A stretch of DNA of 64,000 nt. Origin: an uncultured Clostridia bacterium. Lineage in GTDB: Bacteria > Bacillota > Clostridia > Oscillospirales > CAG-272. Below, piece by piece: positions 46,855-56,605 of the stretch. The DNA lies in the NCBI GenBank assembly GCA_947624995.1, contig CANQMS010000006.1:11393-75392 (forward strand), in the 5' to 3' direction. A model generated the notes under the pieces. It had not been told where the DNA came from. It searched no databases and saw nothing but the letters and a program-made list of their open reading frames with translations. A program made the position numbers and the translations under genes. The stretch's first letter is position 1. The number at the start of each line of letters is the position of its first letter.

Positions 46855-49207
46855 TTATCTGTCCTTTTTCTTGAAGCGGATGACTGTTGTCATGCCGATG
46901 CCGCTGAGAGCAAGCACGGTGATGAGAGCCGCGACGTGCGCGGTGTCACCCGTCGTCGGAGGCGTTACCTGACCGCCGGGAGTCGTGCCGCCGGGCGTCG
47001 TGCCGGGATCGGTCGTGCCGGGCGTCGAGGTGGGAACAGCTTCCCATGTAGCGACGTACGTCACATCGCCTGTAACGGTATCGGTCACAGCGGGCTCCCA
47101 GCCCGTGAACTTGTAGCCGTCACGCGTAGGCGTGCCTTCGAACTTGGGCGTCGGGTTGGTCGAGAGCGTGGGATAAGTCTGAGACTTGAACGCTGTGCCC
47201 TTCGCGCCGTCCGTGTATGTGACATTGTACTTCTTCGCATATGCGAACGTACCGACTACTGCGGCATGGTCGGAGAGGGATGCTCCGGTCTCATCAACGA
47301 GCTTTACTTCTTCGTACTTCGTCAGGCAGAGCTGATAATCGCACTGCGAGTTGTTAACATAAATGATCTTGTCGACGATCTCTTCACTGAGCGTCTTCGA
47401 AGCGAACTCGGGGTAGTTGCCGTCCTTCTTCGTTTCGACCCATGCGTCTACTGCGTAGAGGTTATCCTCAGCGTTAAGTACGCCGATAAGGTTGGCGATA
47501 ACGTCATCGCGAGTGTAGCGGCAGTTCGTGTCGCCCATGATGATGATCGGGTTCTTGGTCTTTGAATCGACAATGTACTTTGCAAGCTGCTTGAGCTGCT
47601 CCGCGCGTGCGTTCTTGTCACCGGGGGCATTGTCTGCGTCCATGTGGAGAGTGTAGACATCGACCTTAACGCCATTTGCTACTTCTGCCACAAAGTGACG
47701 GAATCCCTTTGTGATGAGTTTATCTGCTCCGTTCAACTGGGGAATGTTGTAAAAATACTCATAGTAATTCATAGAGGGTATTTCTATGCCATATCCTTTA
47801 TAAGGAGAGTAATTCTCTTCCCAAGCGACTTTCTTTTCCTGATCTACCGAAACAGTAGCTTTATTATAGAACAGCGAGAGTCCGTCAGTGTCCAATGAAA
47901 TAAAGGGATAGGGGTAACCTTTGGATTGATCAAAATGACTTAAAAGCTCTTTTGACGAAACATCTGTCGGAACGGTGTCCTTGTTCTTGTTTATCTCCTC
48001 GTAGTCTTTGAGACCCGCCGAGAGTTTATCACCATAGGTGAAGTTTTCGGAAACACCGATGATATCCCAGCCCTTTTCAGCGATAAGTTTGCCGAGAATT
48101 TCTGTTTTGTCAGCACCGGGACCGTCAGGATTTAACGAAATATTCTTTTTACCATACGCGCCTAAGTCTAAGCTTATCTGATTAGGCAGACCGTCGACGT
48201 TGAAAGCAGCAGCGGTAAATGTGCCGTCACCCTTGCCGGTGAGCTCGAGAGCGTCTTTCTCAAGAATGTACTCCGGCTCTTTATAGTCCTTAACTGCTTC
48301 CCAGCCCTCGTTAACAAGGACGGAGACTTCTCTATTGTTCAGTGCCGTCGGATAAATAACAAGATCGCTGTATGTACCGAAGCCCCAGTGACCGGAAAAG
48401 CCGTCATTTGATCTACCGATAATAAGAGAAGTAAGATTGTGAATATCCTCGGGTGAGAGATCCGCAAGTACTTTCCAGCTTGCATCGAGAGAGTACTGTG
48501 CCATGCTGCCGTCAATATAGAGAACAAGTCCGTTGGATGCGGCATCATATGTTACCGTGACAGTATGCTCTTCATTGAACTTAAGAATGGTGGATTCATG
48601 ATCCCATGCATCGAGAGCGCCATCGACCCAGTTTCCGCCGCCTTCAGCCTCATAATACGGATGTCTGCCGGAGCCGATGCATCCGTGATATGTCATGTGG
48701 ATAGAAGTATCAGATCTTTCCGCTTCCGGGAGAGAATCCGTGTTATTTCTGCCCTCGAAGTAATCCCTCTCCGCGAAAGAGAACAGCATTTCGAACTGGT
48801 ATGTCCACGGGTTCTTGACCTTTGTGAGCGTGAACGAAACGGTGAAGCCGTCTATATCCGACACGTCTATTCGAGAAGATGTTGCTCGGGAGCTTGACAT
48901 AGCCGTTATCGAGCTTTATGCCTTTTCCTTCTTCCCACGTGGCGCACGTGGAATTAACGGTGGGCTTCAGCTTGTCCGCATCGTTCGCACGACCCTCATC
49001 ACTGTCAAGCACGACTTCCTTAACGTCGGTCCTGCCGGAATGATCCTTCAGGTCCTTCTTAAAGTCGAACGCCGCGATCGGCGTTTTGCCGGTACCTGCC
49101 GGTGCGGTGTCCGCGCCGAGTACGGGTGACGCCGCTACTGCGGAGAGCGCGAAGACCGTCGCCGCCGTCAGCACGAGCGCCAGGATTTTCTTGAAGCTGT
49201 GTTTCAT
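46855..49207 (-). pseudogene. frameshifted sortase-anchored protein: signal peptide, LamG-like domain, EEP (sphingomyelinase-like) phosphodiesterase, B-repeat, PPTTG anchor
   Basis: N-terminal frame (MKHSFKK...YVKLPSNIFS) continues in another frame (IDVSDIDGFTVSF) near 48870; EEP motifs FNVDGLP, GDTNCRY, VDKIIY and SDH; C-terminal PPTTGDT, TM helix and basic tail. Confidence 0.75.
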
Positions 49208-49260
49208 TTTTTGATTCCTCCATAAAATTGTGAGCTTCAACGCTAATTATGTATGTAATT

Positions 49261-49289
49261 ATTATACACGCCCCGCCTCCCTCTGTCAA
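49261..49289 (-). promoter_or_regulatory. consensus sigma-A promoter of the cell-wall protein
   Basis: TTGACA-17 nt-TATAAT. Confidence 0.8.
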
Positions 49290-49481
49290 CCGCTTATTTC
49301 AATATGACGAAAATTTATTTTTCAGACGCGCCCGATTTTATACACTTTTTTCCTTTTTATAGCGCATTGTGACAATTGTGTTACAAAAAAAGACCGTCCC
49401 CCGGCTTTCGCCGAAGGACGGTTTTTCCGAAAACAAAATTTCCGTGACGGTTTCGCTTTTGCCGCTTCTTTCCCGCGTTCC

Positions 49482-49883
49482 TTATCTCTTTGAGAACTGG
49501 GACGCACGGCGCGCCTTTTTGAGACCGTACTTCTTTCTCTCGACCATTCTCGGGTCGCGGCGGAGGAACCCGGCGCGCTTGAGCGCGGGGCGGAAGTTCT
49601 CGTCCGCATTGCAGAGGGCGCGGGCGAGCCCGTGACGGATGGCGCCTGCCTGCCCGGAATAGCCGCCGCCGCGAACGGTGGCGATGATGTCAAACTTGCC
49701 CTCGGTGTCGGTGACGGCGAAGGGCTGGTTGACGATGAGCTTGAGCGTGTCAAGCCCGAAATAGTTGTCTATATCTCTGCCGTTGATCGTCACGACGCCG
49801 GAGCCGGGAACGATGCGGACGCGGGCGACGGACTTCTTTCTTCTGCCGGTGCCGTAGAAATAGGGTTTAGCGCTTGTGTACAT
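49482..49883 (-). CDS. rpsI: 30S ribosomal protein S9
   Basis: [27 protein letters not shown] and C-terminal QFSKR. Confidence 0.98.
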   Translation of the reverse strand: MYTSAKPYFYGTGRRKKSVARVRIVPGSGVVTINGRDIDNYFGLDTLKLIVNQPFAVTDTEGKFDIIATVRGGGYSGQAGAIRHGLARALCNADENFRPALKRAGFLRRDPRMVERKKYGLKKARRASQFSKR

Positions 49884-49901
49884 TTAATCGTCCTCCCTTT
49901 C

Positions 49902-50330
49902 TTATATCTCGTAAGCCTCGGGCTTCTGTGCCTGCTGCTTATGCTCGGGTCCGCGGTAAACGCGGAGCCTCGTTATCGCCTTGTCGCCGATGGAGTTCTT
50001 CGGGAGCATCCCCTTGACGGCGAGCTCCATTGCGAGCTCGGGGCGGGTCGCCATCAGCGTCTTATACTGGACTTCCTTCAGTCCGCCGATGTAGCCGGAG
50101 TGACGGCGATAATACTTCTGCGTGAGCTTTTTGCCCGTGAGGACTGCCTTTTCCGCGTTTATGACGATAACATATTCGCCGCAGTCGACATGGGGCGTGA
50201 ATTCGGGGCGGTGCTTGCCGCGCAGGATCGTGGCGGCGGCGACAGCCGTCTTCCCGAGAGGCTTGCCCGCCGCGTCTATTACGTACCACTTGCGGCTGAC
50301 AGTCTCTTTCTTTGCCATGTAGGTTGACAT
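49902..50330 (-). CDS. rplM: 50S ribosomal protein L13
   Basis: [24 protein letters not shown] and AVKGMLPKN motifs. Confidence 0.98.
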   Translation of the reverse strand: MSTYMAKKETVSRKWYVIDAAGKPLGKTAVAAATILRGKHRPEFTPHVDCGEYVIVINAEKAVLTGKKLTQKYYRRHSGYIGGLKEVQYKTLMATRPELAMELAVKGMLPKNSIGDKAITRLRVYRGPEHKQQAQKPEAYEI

Positions 50331-50379
50331 TTTGCTTCCTCCGTTATATAAAAAGCATTTTTCGAGTCGTGCAGGCATG

Positions 50380-50408
50380 ATTATACATTATCGCCGCCGC
50401 CTTGTCAA
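50380..50408 (-). promoter_or_regulatory. consensus sigma-A promoter of rplM-rpsI
   Basis: TTGACA-17 nt-TATAAT. Confidence 0.85.
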
Positions 50409-50597
50409 TACGAAAACGGAAAAAAGTTTTCGGAATTTCAAAAAAAGTATAGACTATCTCTCAAAAGCTCGCGAAAGCTCGCGTTTTTGCGCCTCATTTT
50501 CGCCGGCGGTACACGTTTTTTCTTCTCCCGCATATTTACTTTCGGAAAAAAATCTGCTACAATTATCTATAGCTATGCGGCATTAAGGAGGCGTACC

Positions 50598-51251
50598 GTG
50601 ACGGATTACAGAGGGATAATAGCGAAGAACCTCATCAGCCTGCGCACATCTGCCGGGCTCACCCAGGCGGAGGTCGCCTCAAAGCTGTCATACTCGGACA
50701 AGGCGGTCTCAAAATGGGAGCGGGCGGAGAGCATCCCGGACATCGCGGTACTTAAGGCGATCGCGGATATGTACGGCGTCACCGTCGACTACCTGCTCGC
50801 GCCGCACGGCGCCGAGACGGAGCTGCCGCAGAAGCAGGGTCCGCGCAAAATGACGCGGAACAAGACGCTCATAACGATCATTTCCGTCGTGGGCGTATGG
50901 TTTCTGGCGCTCGTCATCTTCGCCGCGTGCTTTTTCAGCGGGGTCCCCGGCTGGCAGGCGTTTTTGTGGGCGGCGCCCGTCTCGCTGACGGTCGCGCTCG
51001 TTTTAACGTGCGTGTGGGGCGGGCGAAACATGATGTTCGTCTTTATATCGGCTCTTTTGTGGTCGCTGTCGGCGGCTGTATATATAACATGGATGGAAGC
51101 GCGCCCGTGGCTCGTCTTTATCGGCGCGGGGATCCTCGAGGTGATCGTGATCCTCGCCTTCGGCATCAGGCTTTTGCCGAAGTCAAAAGACGGCGAAAAG
51201 ACCGAGCCCGGTGAGGGCGGAGACGGCAGCGGGGGAGGCGGCGAGGCGTGA
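50598..51251 (+). CDS. XRE-family HTH regulator with 4 TM helices
   Basis: LTQAEVASKLSYSDKAVSKWER; AAGGAGG RBS before GTG 50598. Confidence 0.85.
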   Translation: MTDYRGIIAKNLISLRTSAGLTQAEVASKLSYSDKAVSKWERAESIPDIAVLKAIADMYGVTVDYLLAPHGAETELPQKQGPRKMTRNKTLITIISVVGVWFLALVIFAACFFSGVPGWQAFLWAAPVSLTVALVLTCVWGGRNMMFVFISALLWSLSAAVYITWMEARPWLVFIGAGILEVIVILAFGIRLLPKSKDGEKTEPGEGGDGSGGGGEA

Positions 51252-52483
51252 GGCGACCTGAGCTTTTGTGCCCCGCCGGGAACGCGGAAAAGCTGCGCGC
51301 CGTCATCGGCTACGGGGCGGACGCGGTCTATCTCTCCGGCAAAAAATACGGGATGCGGTCCGCGTGCGATAATTTTACGGAGGCGGAGCTGCGGGACGCG
51401 GTCGAATTCGCGCACACGCGCGGCGTCCGCGTGTATGTGACCGTCAACATCCTGCCGAGGACGCGCGAATACGGCGAGCTCTCGGAATACATAAAATTCC
51501 TCGACGGTATCGGCGCGGACGCCGTCATCGTCTCGGACATCGGCGTCGTCTCGCTCGTGCGGGAGCGCGCGCCGCGGCTGGGTGTACACATCTCGACGCA
51601 GGCGTCCGTCGTCTCGGCGGAGGCGGCGCGCGCGTGGCACGCGCTCGGCGCCGAGCGCGTTGTGCTCGCGCGGGAGCTGACGCTCGACGAGATCAAAGAG
51701 ATACGCGAGAATACGCCCGAGACGCTGGCGCTCGAGGCGTTCGTCCACGGGTCGATGTGCATCGCGTACAGCGGGCGGTGCCTGCTCTCGAACTATTTTA
51801 CGGGTCGGGACGCGAACCGCGGCGAGTGCTCGCAGCCGTGCAGGTGGAATTATACGGTCCGGCGCGTCGAGGTGACGGAGGAAAAGCGTCCCGGCACGAT
51901 GATACCGATAGAGGAGACGGAGGCGGGCACGCTCGTCATGAGCTCGCGCGACATGTGCATGATCGGGCACGTCCCGGAGCTTATTTCGGCGGGCATCGAC
52001 AGCTTTAAGATCGAGGGGCGCGTGAAGAGCGCGTATTACGGCGCGGTCACCGCGAACGCGTACAGGATAGCGATCGACCGCTACCGCTCCGACCCGGGCG
52101 GGTACGTCTTTGACCCGGCGCTCCTTTCCGAGCTCGAGAGCGTCTCGCACCGCGAATACTGCACGGGGTTCTATTTCGGCGCGCCGAACGGCGGGGCGAA
52201 CACGGTCAGCTCCGGCGGGTACCTGCGCGACAAATCATATCTTGCCGCCGTGCTCTCATATGATGAAAACACATGCACGGCGCGCTTTATGCAGAAGAAC
52301 AAGCTCTGCCGCGGGGACACGGTCGAGATCGTTTCGCCCGGGTCGGTCGGGCGGCGCTTTTCGGTCGGCGAGCTCTACGGCGAGGGGGGCGAGCCGATAG
52401 AGGCGACGCCGCATCCCGGCATGATATATTCGGCTGCCGTGCCGTTTCCGGTGCGAGCCGGCGATATAATGAGATCAGTATAA
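51248..52483 (+). CDS. U32-family protein (TrhP-like tRNA hydroxylase)
   Basis: ELLCPAG, HISTQAS, HGSMCIAYSGRC, NRGECSQPCRW and KIEGRVKS motifs. Confidence 0.88.
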   Translation: MRRPELLCPAGNAEKLRAVIGYGADAVYLSGKKYGMRSACDNFTEAELRDAVEFAHTRGVRVYVTVNILPRTREYGELSEYIKFLDGIGADAVIVSDIGVVSLVRERAPRLGVHISTQASVVSAEAARAWHALGAERVVLARELTLDEIKEIRENTPETLALEAFVHGSMCIAYSGRCLLSNYFTGRDANRGECSQPCRWNYTVRRVEVTEEKRPGTMIPIEETEAGTLVMSSRDMCMIGHVPELISAGIDSFKIEGRVKSAYYGAVTANAYRIAIDRYRSDPGGYVFDPALLSELESVSHREYCTGFYFGAPNGGANTVSSGGYLRDKSYLAAVLSYDENTCTARFMQKNKLCRGDTVEIVSPGSVGRRFSVGELYGEGGEPIEATPHPGMIYSAAVPFPVRAGDIMRSV

Positions 52484-52496
52484 GGGGAAAGAGAAT

Positions 52497-53348
52497 ATGA
52501 CAGCATTTTTCGAAGCGATAAAGGCGATACTGTTCGGCATCGTCGAGGGCATCACGGAGTGGCTGCCCGTGTCGAGCACGGGGCACCTGATCCTGCTCGA
52601 CGAGTTCGTCCGGCTCGACGTGAGCGACGAATTCAAGGAAATGTTCGAGGTCGTGATCCAGCTCGGCGCGATCCTCGCCGTCGTCGTTCTGTTTTTTAAG
52701 AAGCTGAACCCGTTCGACGGGGGCAAAACGGAAAAGCAGAAGCTGGCGACGTGGCATCTGTGGCTGACGGTCGTGATAGCCGTTCTGCCGTCCGCCGTGA
52801 TCGGGTTCTTGTTTGACGACTGGTTCGACGCGACGTTTTATAATCCGCCGACGGTCGCGGCGACGCTGATCATATACGGTATAGCGTTCATCCTGATCGA
52901 GCGGTGGCGGCAGGGCAAGGCGCCCGAGATCAAGTCGCCGTACGCCGTCTCGCTCAAGACGGCGGCGCTGATCGGCTGCTTTCAGGTGCTCGCGATAATC
53001 CCCGGGACGTCGCGCTCCGGCTCGACGATCCTCGGCGCGATGATCCTCGGCATGTCGAGGACGGCTGCCGCGGAGTTCTCGTTCTTCCTCGCGATCCCGA
53101 CGATGCTCGGCGCGTCGCTTTTGAAGGTCGTCAAGTTCATCTTCGGCGGCGCCGCCGCGATGACGGGGACGGAGGTCACGGTCCTCATCGTCGGCTGCGT
53201 TGTGGCGTTCGCGGTCTCGCTCGTGTCGATAAAGTTCCTGATGGATTTCGTGAAGCGGCACACGTTCACCTCGTTCGGCGTTTACAGGATCGCGCTCGGC
53301 TTGCTCGTTTGCGTTTACTTCCTTATTAAAGGCTTTGCCGCGGCGTGA
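52497..53348 (+). CDS. uppP: undecaprenyl-diphosphate phosphatase
   Basis: GIVEGITEWLPVSSTGHL, PGTSRSGST and AAEFSFFLAIP motifs. Confidence 0.95.
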   Translation: MTAFFEAIKAILFGIVEGITEWLPVSSTGHLILLDEFVRLDVSDEFKEMFEVVIQLGAILAVVVLFFKKLNPFDGGKTEKQKLATWHLWLTVVIAVLPSAVIGFLFDDWFDATFYNPPTVAATLIIYGIAFILIERWRQGKAPEIKSPYAVSLKTAALIGCFQVLAIIPGTSRSGSTILGAMILGMSRTAAAEFSFFLAIPTMLGASLLKVVKFIFGGAAAMTGTEVTVLIVGCVVAFAVSLVSIKFLMDFVKRHTFTSFGVYRIALGLLVCVYFLIKGFAAA

Positions 53349-53454
53349 GTTTTTTCGCGATAAAAGAGCAAATGGCGCTTGTAAAAACGCGTGAATTGTG
53401 ATATAGTATTGATGGTTTCCAAATATCAGTAATATTTAAGGAGATTTTCGGAAC

Positions 53455-54756
53455 ATGGCAAAGTACAATAAGAAAACTATCGAGGATATCGACGTATCCG
53501 GCAAGCGGGTCCTCGCCCGCTGCGACTTCAACGTCCCGATGGAGGGCGGCAAGATCACGGACGACAAGCGCATTGTCGGCGCTATGCCCACGATCAAGTA
53601 CCTTTCCGAGCACGGCGCGCGCGTCATCCTCTGCTCGCATCTCGGCAGACCGCACAACGTGCTGAACGAGAAGATAAAGCTTGACAAGAAAGAGAAGAAA
53701 AAGGTCGAGGAGCTGCCCGAGTCCGAGCGCGAGGCGGCGACTGCGGCGTATATCGAGAAGGCGAAGGGCGATATAAAGAAGCTCTCGCTCGCGCCCGTTG
53801 CGGAGCGCATATCCGAATATCTCGGCGCGCCCGTCGTCATGGCGTCCGACGTTGTCGGTCCGGACGCGAAGGCGAAGGCGGCGACGCTGAAGGACGGGGA
53901 GGTCATGCTCCTTGAAAACGTCCGCTTCCACGCGGAGGAGGAGAAGAACGATCCCGAGTTCGCGAAGGAGCTTGCCTCTATGGCGGACATTTATGTGAAT
54001 GACGCGTTCGGCACGGCGCACAGGGCGCACGCGTCGACCGCCGGCGTTGCGGATTATCTGCCCGCAGTCTGCGGATATCTGATCCAGAAGGAGATCACGA
54101 TCATGGGCGGCGCGCTCGAGGACCCGAAGCGCCCGTTCGTCGCGATCCTCGGCGGCGCTAAGGTTTCGGACAAGATCGGCGTCATAAACAATCTGATCGA
54201 AAAGGTCGACATGCTCATCATCGGCGGCGGCATGGCGTACACGTTCTTCCGCGCGCTCGGCTCGCCCATCGGCAATTCGATCTGCGAGGAGGACAAGGTC
54301 GACCTCGCGCGCGAGCTGATGGAAAAGGCGCGCGCAAAGGGCGTCAAGTTTCTGCTCCCCGTCGACAACATAATCGGGCGCGAGTATAAGGAAGACACCG
54401 TTTCGATGCGCATCTATTCCGATTCCATCCCGGACGGCTGGATGGGTCTTGACATAGGTCAGACGACGCAGGAGCTGTTCGCGAAGTCGATAGTCGGCGC
54501 GGGCACGGTAGTCTGGAACGGCCCGATGGGCGTTTCCGAATGGGAGCACTTCGCGGCGGGCACCGAGTGCGTTGCCGAGGCGGTTGCGGATTCGGGCGCG
54601 ATCTCGATCATCGGCGGCGGCGACTCCGCGGCGGCGATCGAAAAGCTCGGCTATGCGGACAAGATGACGCACATCTCTACGGGCGGCGGCGCAAGCCTCG
54701 AATTCCTCGAAGGCAAGGAGCTCCCCGGCATAGCCTGCCTCAACGACAAGGACTGA
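53455..54756 (+). CDS. pgk: phosphoglycerate kinase (with internal insertion)
   Basis: [45 protein letters not shown] and STGGGASLE motifs. Confidence 0.97.
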   Translation: MAKYNKKTIEDIDVSGKRVLARCDFNVPMEGGKITDDKRIVGAMPTIKYLSEHGARVILCSHLGRPHNVLNEKIKLDKKEKKKVEELPESEREAATAAYIEKAKGDIKKLSLAPVAERISEYLGAPVVMASDVVGPDAKAKAATLKDGEVMLLENVRFHAEEEKNDPEFAKELASMADIYVNDAFGTAHRAHASTAGVADYLPAVCGYLIQKEITIMGGALEDPKRPFVAILGGAKVSDKIGVINNLIEKVDMLIIGGGMAYTFFRALGSPIGNSICEEDKVDLARELMEKARAKGVKFLLPVDNIIGREYKEDTVSMRIYSDSIPDGWMGLDIGQTTQELFAKSIVGAGTVVWNGPMGVSEWEHFAAGTECVAEAVADSGAISIIGGGDSAAAIEKLGYADKMTHISTGGGASLEFLEGKELPGIACLNDKD

Positions 54757-54797
54757 AAACAGACAAATAGTTTTAAAACAGGAGATCCCATAAGGAT

Positions 54798-55556
54798 ATG
54801 AAAGATACGAGAAGAACGGTCATCGCCGGAAACTGGAAGATGAACAAGACGCCGTCCGAGGCGAAGGCGCTCGTCGCGGCTATCGCCGAGAAGGCGGCGG
54901 GCAAGGACAATTGCGACGTTGTCCTCTGCGTCCCGTATGTCGACATCCCCGCCGCCGTCGAGGCGGCGAAGGGCACGAACGTGAAGATCGGCGCCGAGAA
55001 CGTCCATTTCAAGGAATCGGGCGCTTACACGGGCGAGATCTCCGCCGCGATGCTCGTTGAGTGCGGCGTGACGCACGTCATCGTCGGGCACAGCGAGAGA
55101 AGACAGTATTTCGGCGAGACGGACGAGACAGTCAATCTCCGCGCGAAGGCGGGGCTCGCAGCCGGGCTCAAGGTCATCATCTGCGTCGGCGAGGTCATCG
55201 GTCAGAGGCAGTCGGGCATCACGTCCGAGATCGTCTCGATGCAGACGAAGCTCGCGCTCGCGGGGATCGAGGACATCTCGAACGTCATCATCGCGTACGA
55301 GCCAGTGTGGGCTATCGGCACCGGTCTGACGGCGACGCCCGAACAGGCGGACGAGGTCTGCGGCATCATCCGCGGCGTCGTTGCGGAGCTGTACGGCGAG
55401 GAAAAGGCGGAGGCGCTGACGATACAGTACGGCGGCTCCATGAACGATAAGAACGCCGCCGAGCTCCTCGGCAAAGTCAATGTCGACGGCGGGCTCATCG
55501 GCGGCGCGTCCCTCAAGGCGGACGCGTTCGGCGCCATCATCGACGCGGCTCAGTGA
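54798..55556 (+). CDS. tpiA: triosephosphate isomerase
   Basis: AGNWKMN, GHSERR, AYEPVWAIGTG, YGGS and GGASL motifs. Confidence 0.98.
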   Translation: MKDTRRTVIAGNWKMNKTPSEAKALVAAIAEKAAGKDNCDVVLCVPYVDIPAAVEAAKGTNVKIGAENVHFKESGAYTGEISAAMLVECGVTHVIVGHSERRQYFGETDETVNLRAKAGLAAGLKVIICVGEVIGQRQSGITSEIVSMQTKLALAGIEDISNVIIAYEPVWAIGTGLTATPEQADEVCGIIRGVVAELYGEEKAEALTIQYGGSMNDKNAAELLGKVNVDGGLIGGASLKADAFGAIIDAAQ

Positions 55557-55590
55557 TTTGAACAGGGCATATATAATCATATATAATTAT

Positions 55591-55653
55591 TGCGGGAGAG
55601 GGGACTTTTTAAAAAAAGCCCCCTCTCCCGCACCCACTCCTTCAAAAATTTTT
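55591..55653 (+). repeat. hairpin/TTCAAA element, copy G
   Basis: TGCGGGAGAGGGGACTTTTT-AA-AAAAAGCCCCCTCTCCCGCA (1 mismatch), then CCCACTCCTTCAAAAATTTTT. Confidence 0.88.
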
Positions 55654-55673
55654 ACTTTTGGGGGAGCGGTTTT

Positions 55674-56495
55674 TTATATGCCGTATTCGCGGAAGGCGAC
55701 GGCGGTGTGATGGAGGTAAACGAGCTTTAATATGTCTACGATCAAGGTGGCGATCGACGCCGGGAGCATGATCAGCGGTCCGATAAACGGGACTATCGTG
55801 CCGAAGATAGTGCCGATGAGAGAGGCTACGTACAGGAAGATGAGCTTTCGCCATTTCTCGGCGAGCTCGTCGTCTATGCCCTCAAGGACTTGGCTGTGCG
55901 CGGCATATTCCTTGAAATCCTTGAAAAATGCGGGTATCATGCTCGCGAGGAGGATGAGCAGCCCGGCGATCACGTGCTCCATGATAAGTAAAACGCCGCC
56001 GGCGAGCATGAGGACCGCGGAGCCGAAAAAGCATATGCCGGCGATCATATAGTCGGTCGATTCCTTCGAGAGGACGAGCAGTATCGCGCCATATGCTATG
56101 CTCGCGGCGGCTGATATGATCAGTCCGATGAGCTCGAGCGGCATCGGGAGTATGGAGAGAACTTCGCCTATGATCGAGGGGATGATCAGCAGGAACATTG
56201 CCCAGAGCCATTTTCCGAGAAAGGCGCTTTTTTCTCTGTTGTGCGCCTCGCGTTCGGCGCGCTCAGCCGCCGCCCTCGCGCGCTCCTCCGGCATCCCGTC
56301 GCGGTTCTTCAGCATCTCGCACGCGCCCCTGTCAAGGCACATGCGGCACCTGTCGTGCCCGCGCTCGCGGCAGCACGAGGCGAGATTACAGTTCCCGGAA
56401 TAGGGCGCGCCCGGTCCCTCGGAGCAGCCCGGGCAGCCGAAGGCTTCCCTGTATTTGCATTCGTCGCAGGATTTCCCGCAATATGTTTCGGACAT
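55674..56495 (-). CDS. Cys-rich DUF3795-like domain fused to a membrane domain
   Basis: CG..C..C......C.GC...C....CC......C..C.....C N-terminus followed by about 6 TM segments. Confidence 0.7.
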   Translation of the reverse strand: MSETYCGKSCDECKYREAFGCPGCSEGPGAPYSGNCNLASCCRERGHDRCRMCLDRGACEMLKNRDGMPEERARAAAERAEREAHNREKSAFLGKWLWAMFLLIIPSIIGEVLSILPMPLELIGLIISAAASIAYGAILLVLSKESTDYMIAGICFFGSAVLMLAGGVLLIMEHVIAGLLILLASMIPAFFKDFKEYAAHSQVLEGIDDELAEKWRKLIFLYVASLIGTIFGTIVPFIGPLIMLPASIATLIVDILKLVYLHHTAVAFREYGI

Positions 56496-56605
56496 GATGC
56501 ACCGCCTCTTTGTAAATAATTTTTTAAAATTATATCATTTCGGGGGGTATTGTCAAGATATTTTTATAAATTTATTCAGTTTGCGGGGGATTTTCAAAGT
56601 TAGGT

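Noticed and set aside
50464-50483. AAAGCTCGCG tandem duplication upstream of the XRE gene
   Set aside because: Only two 10-bp units; could be an operator but there is no further support
7064-55653. Hairpin repeats as a CRISPR array
   Set aside because: Copies are dispersed over tens of kb, differ in sequence, have no regular spacers and there are no cas genes
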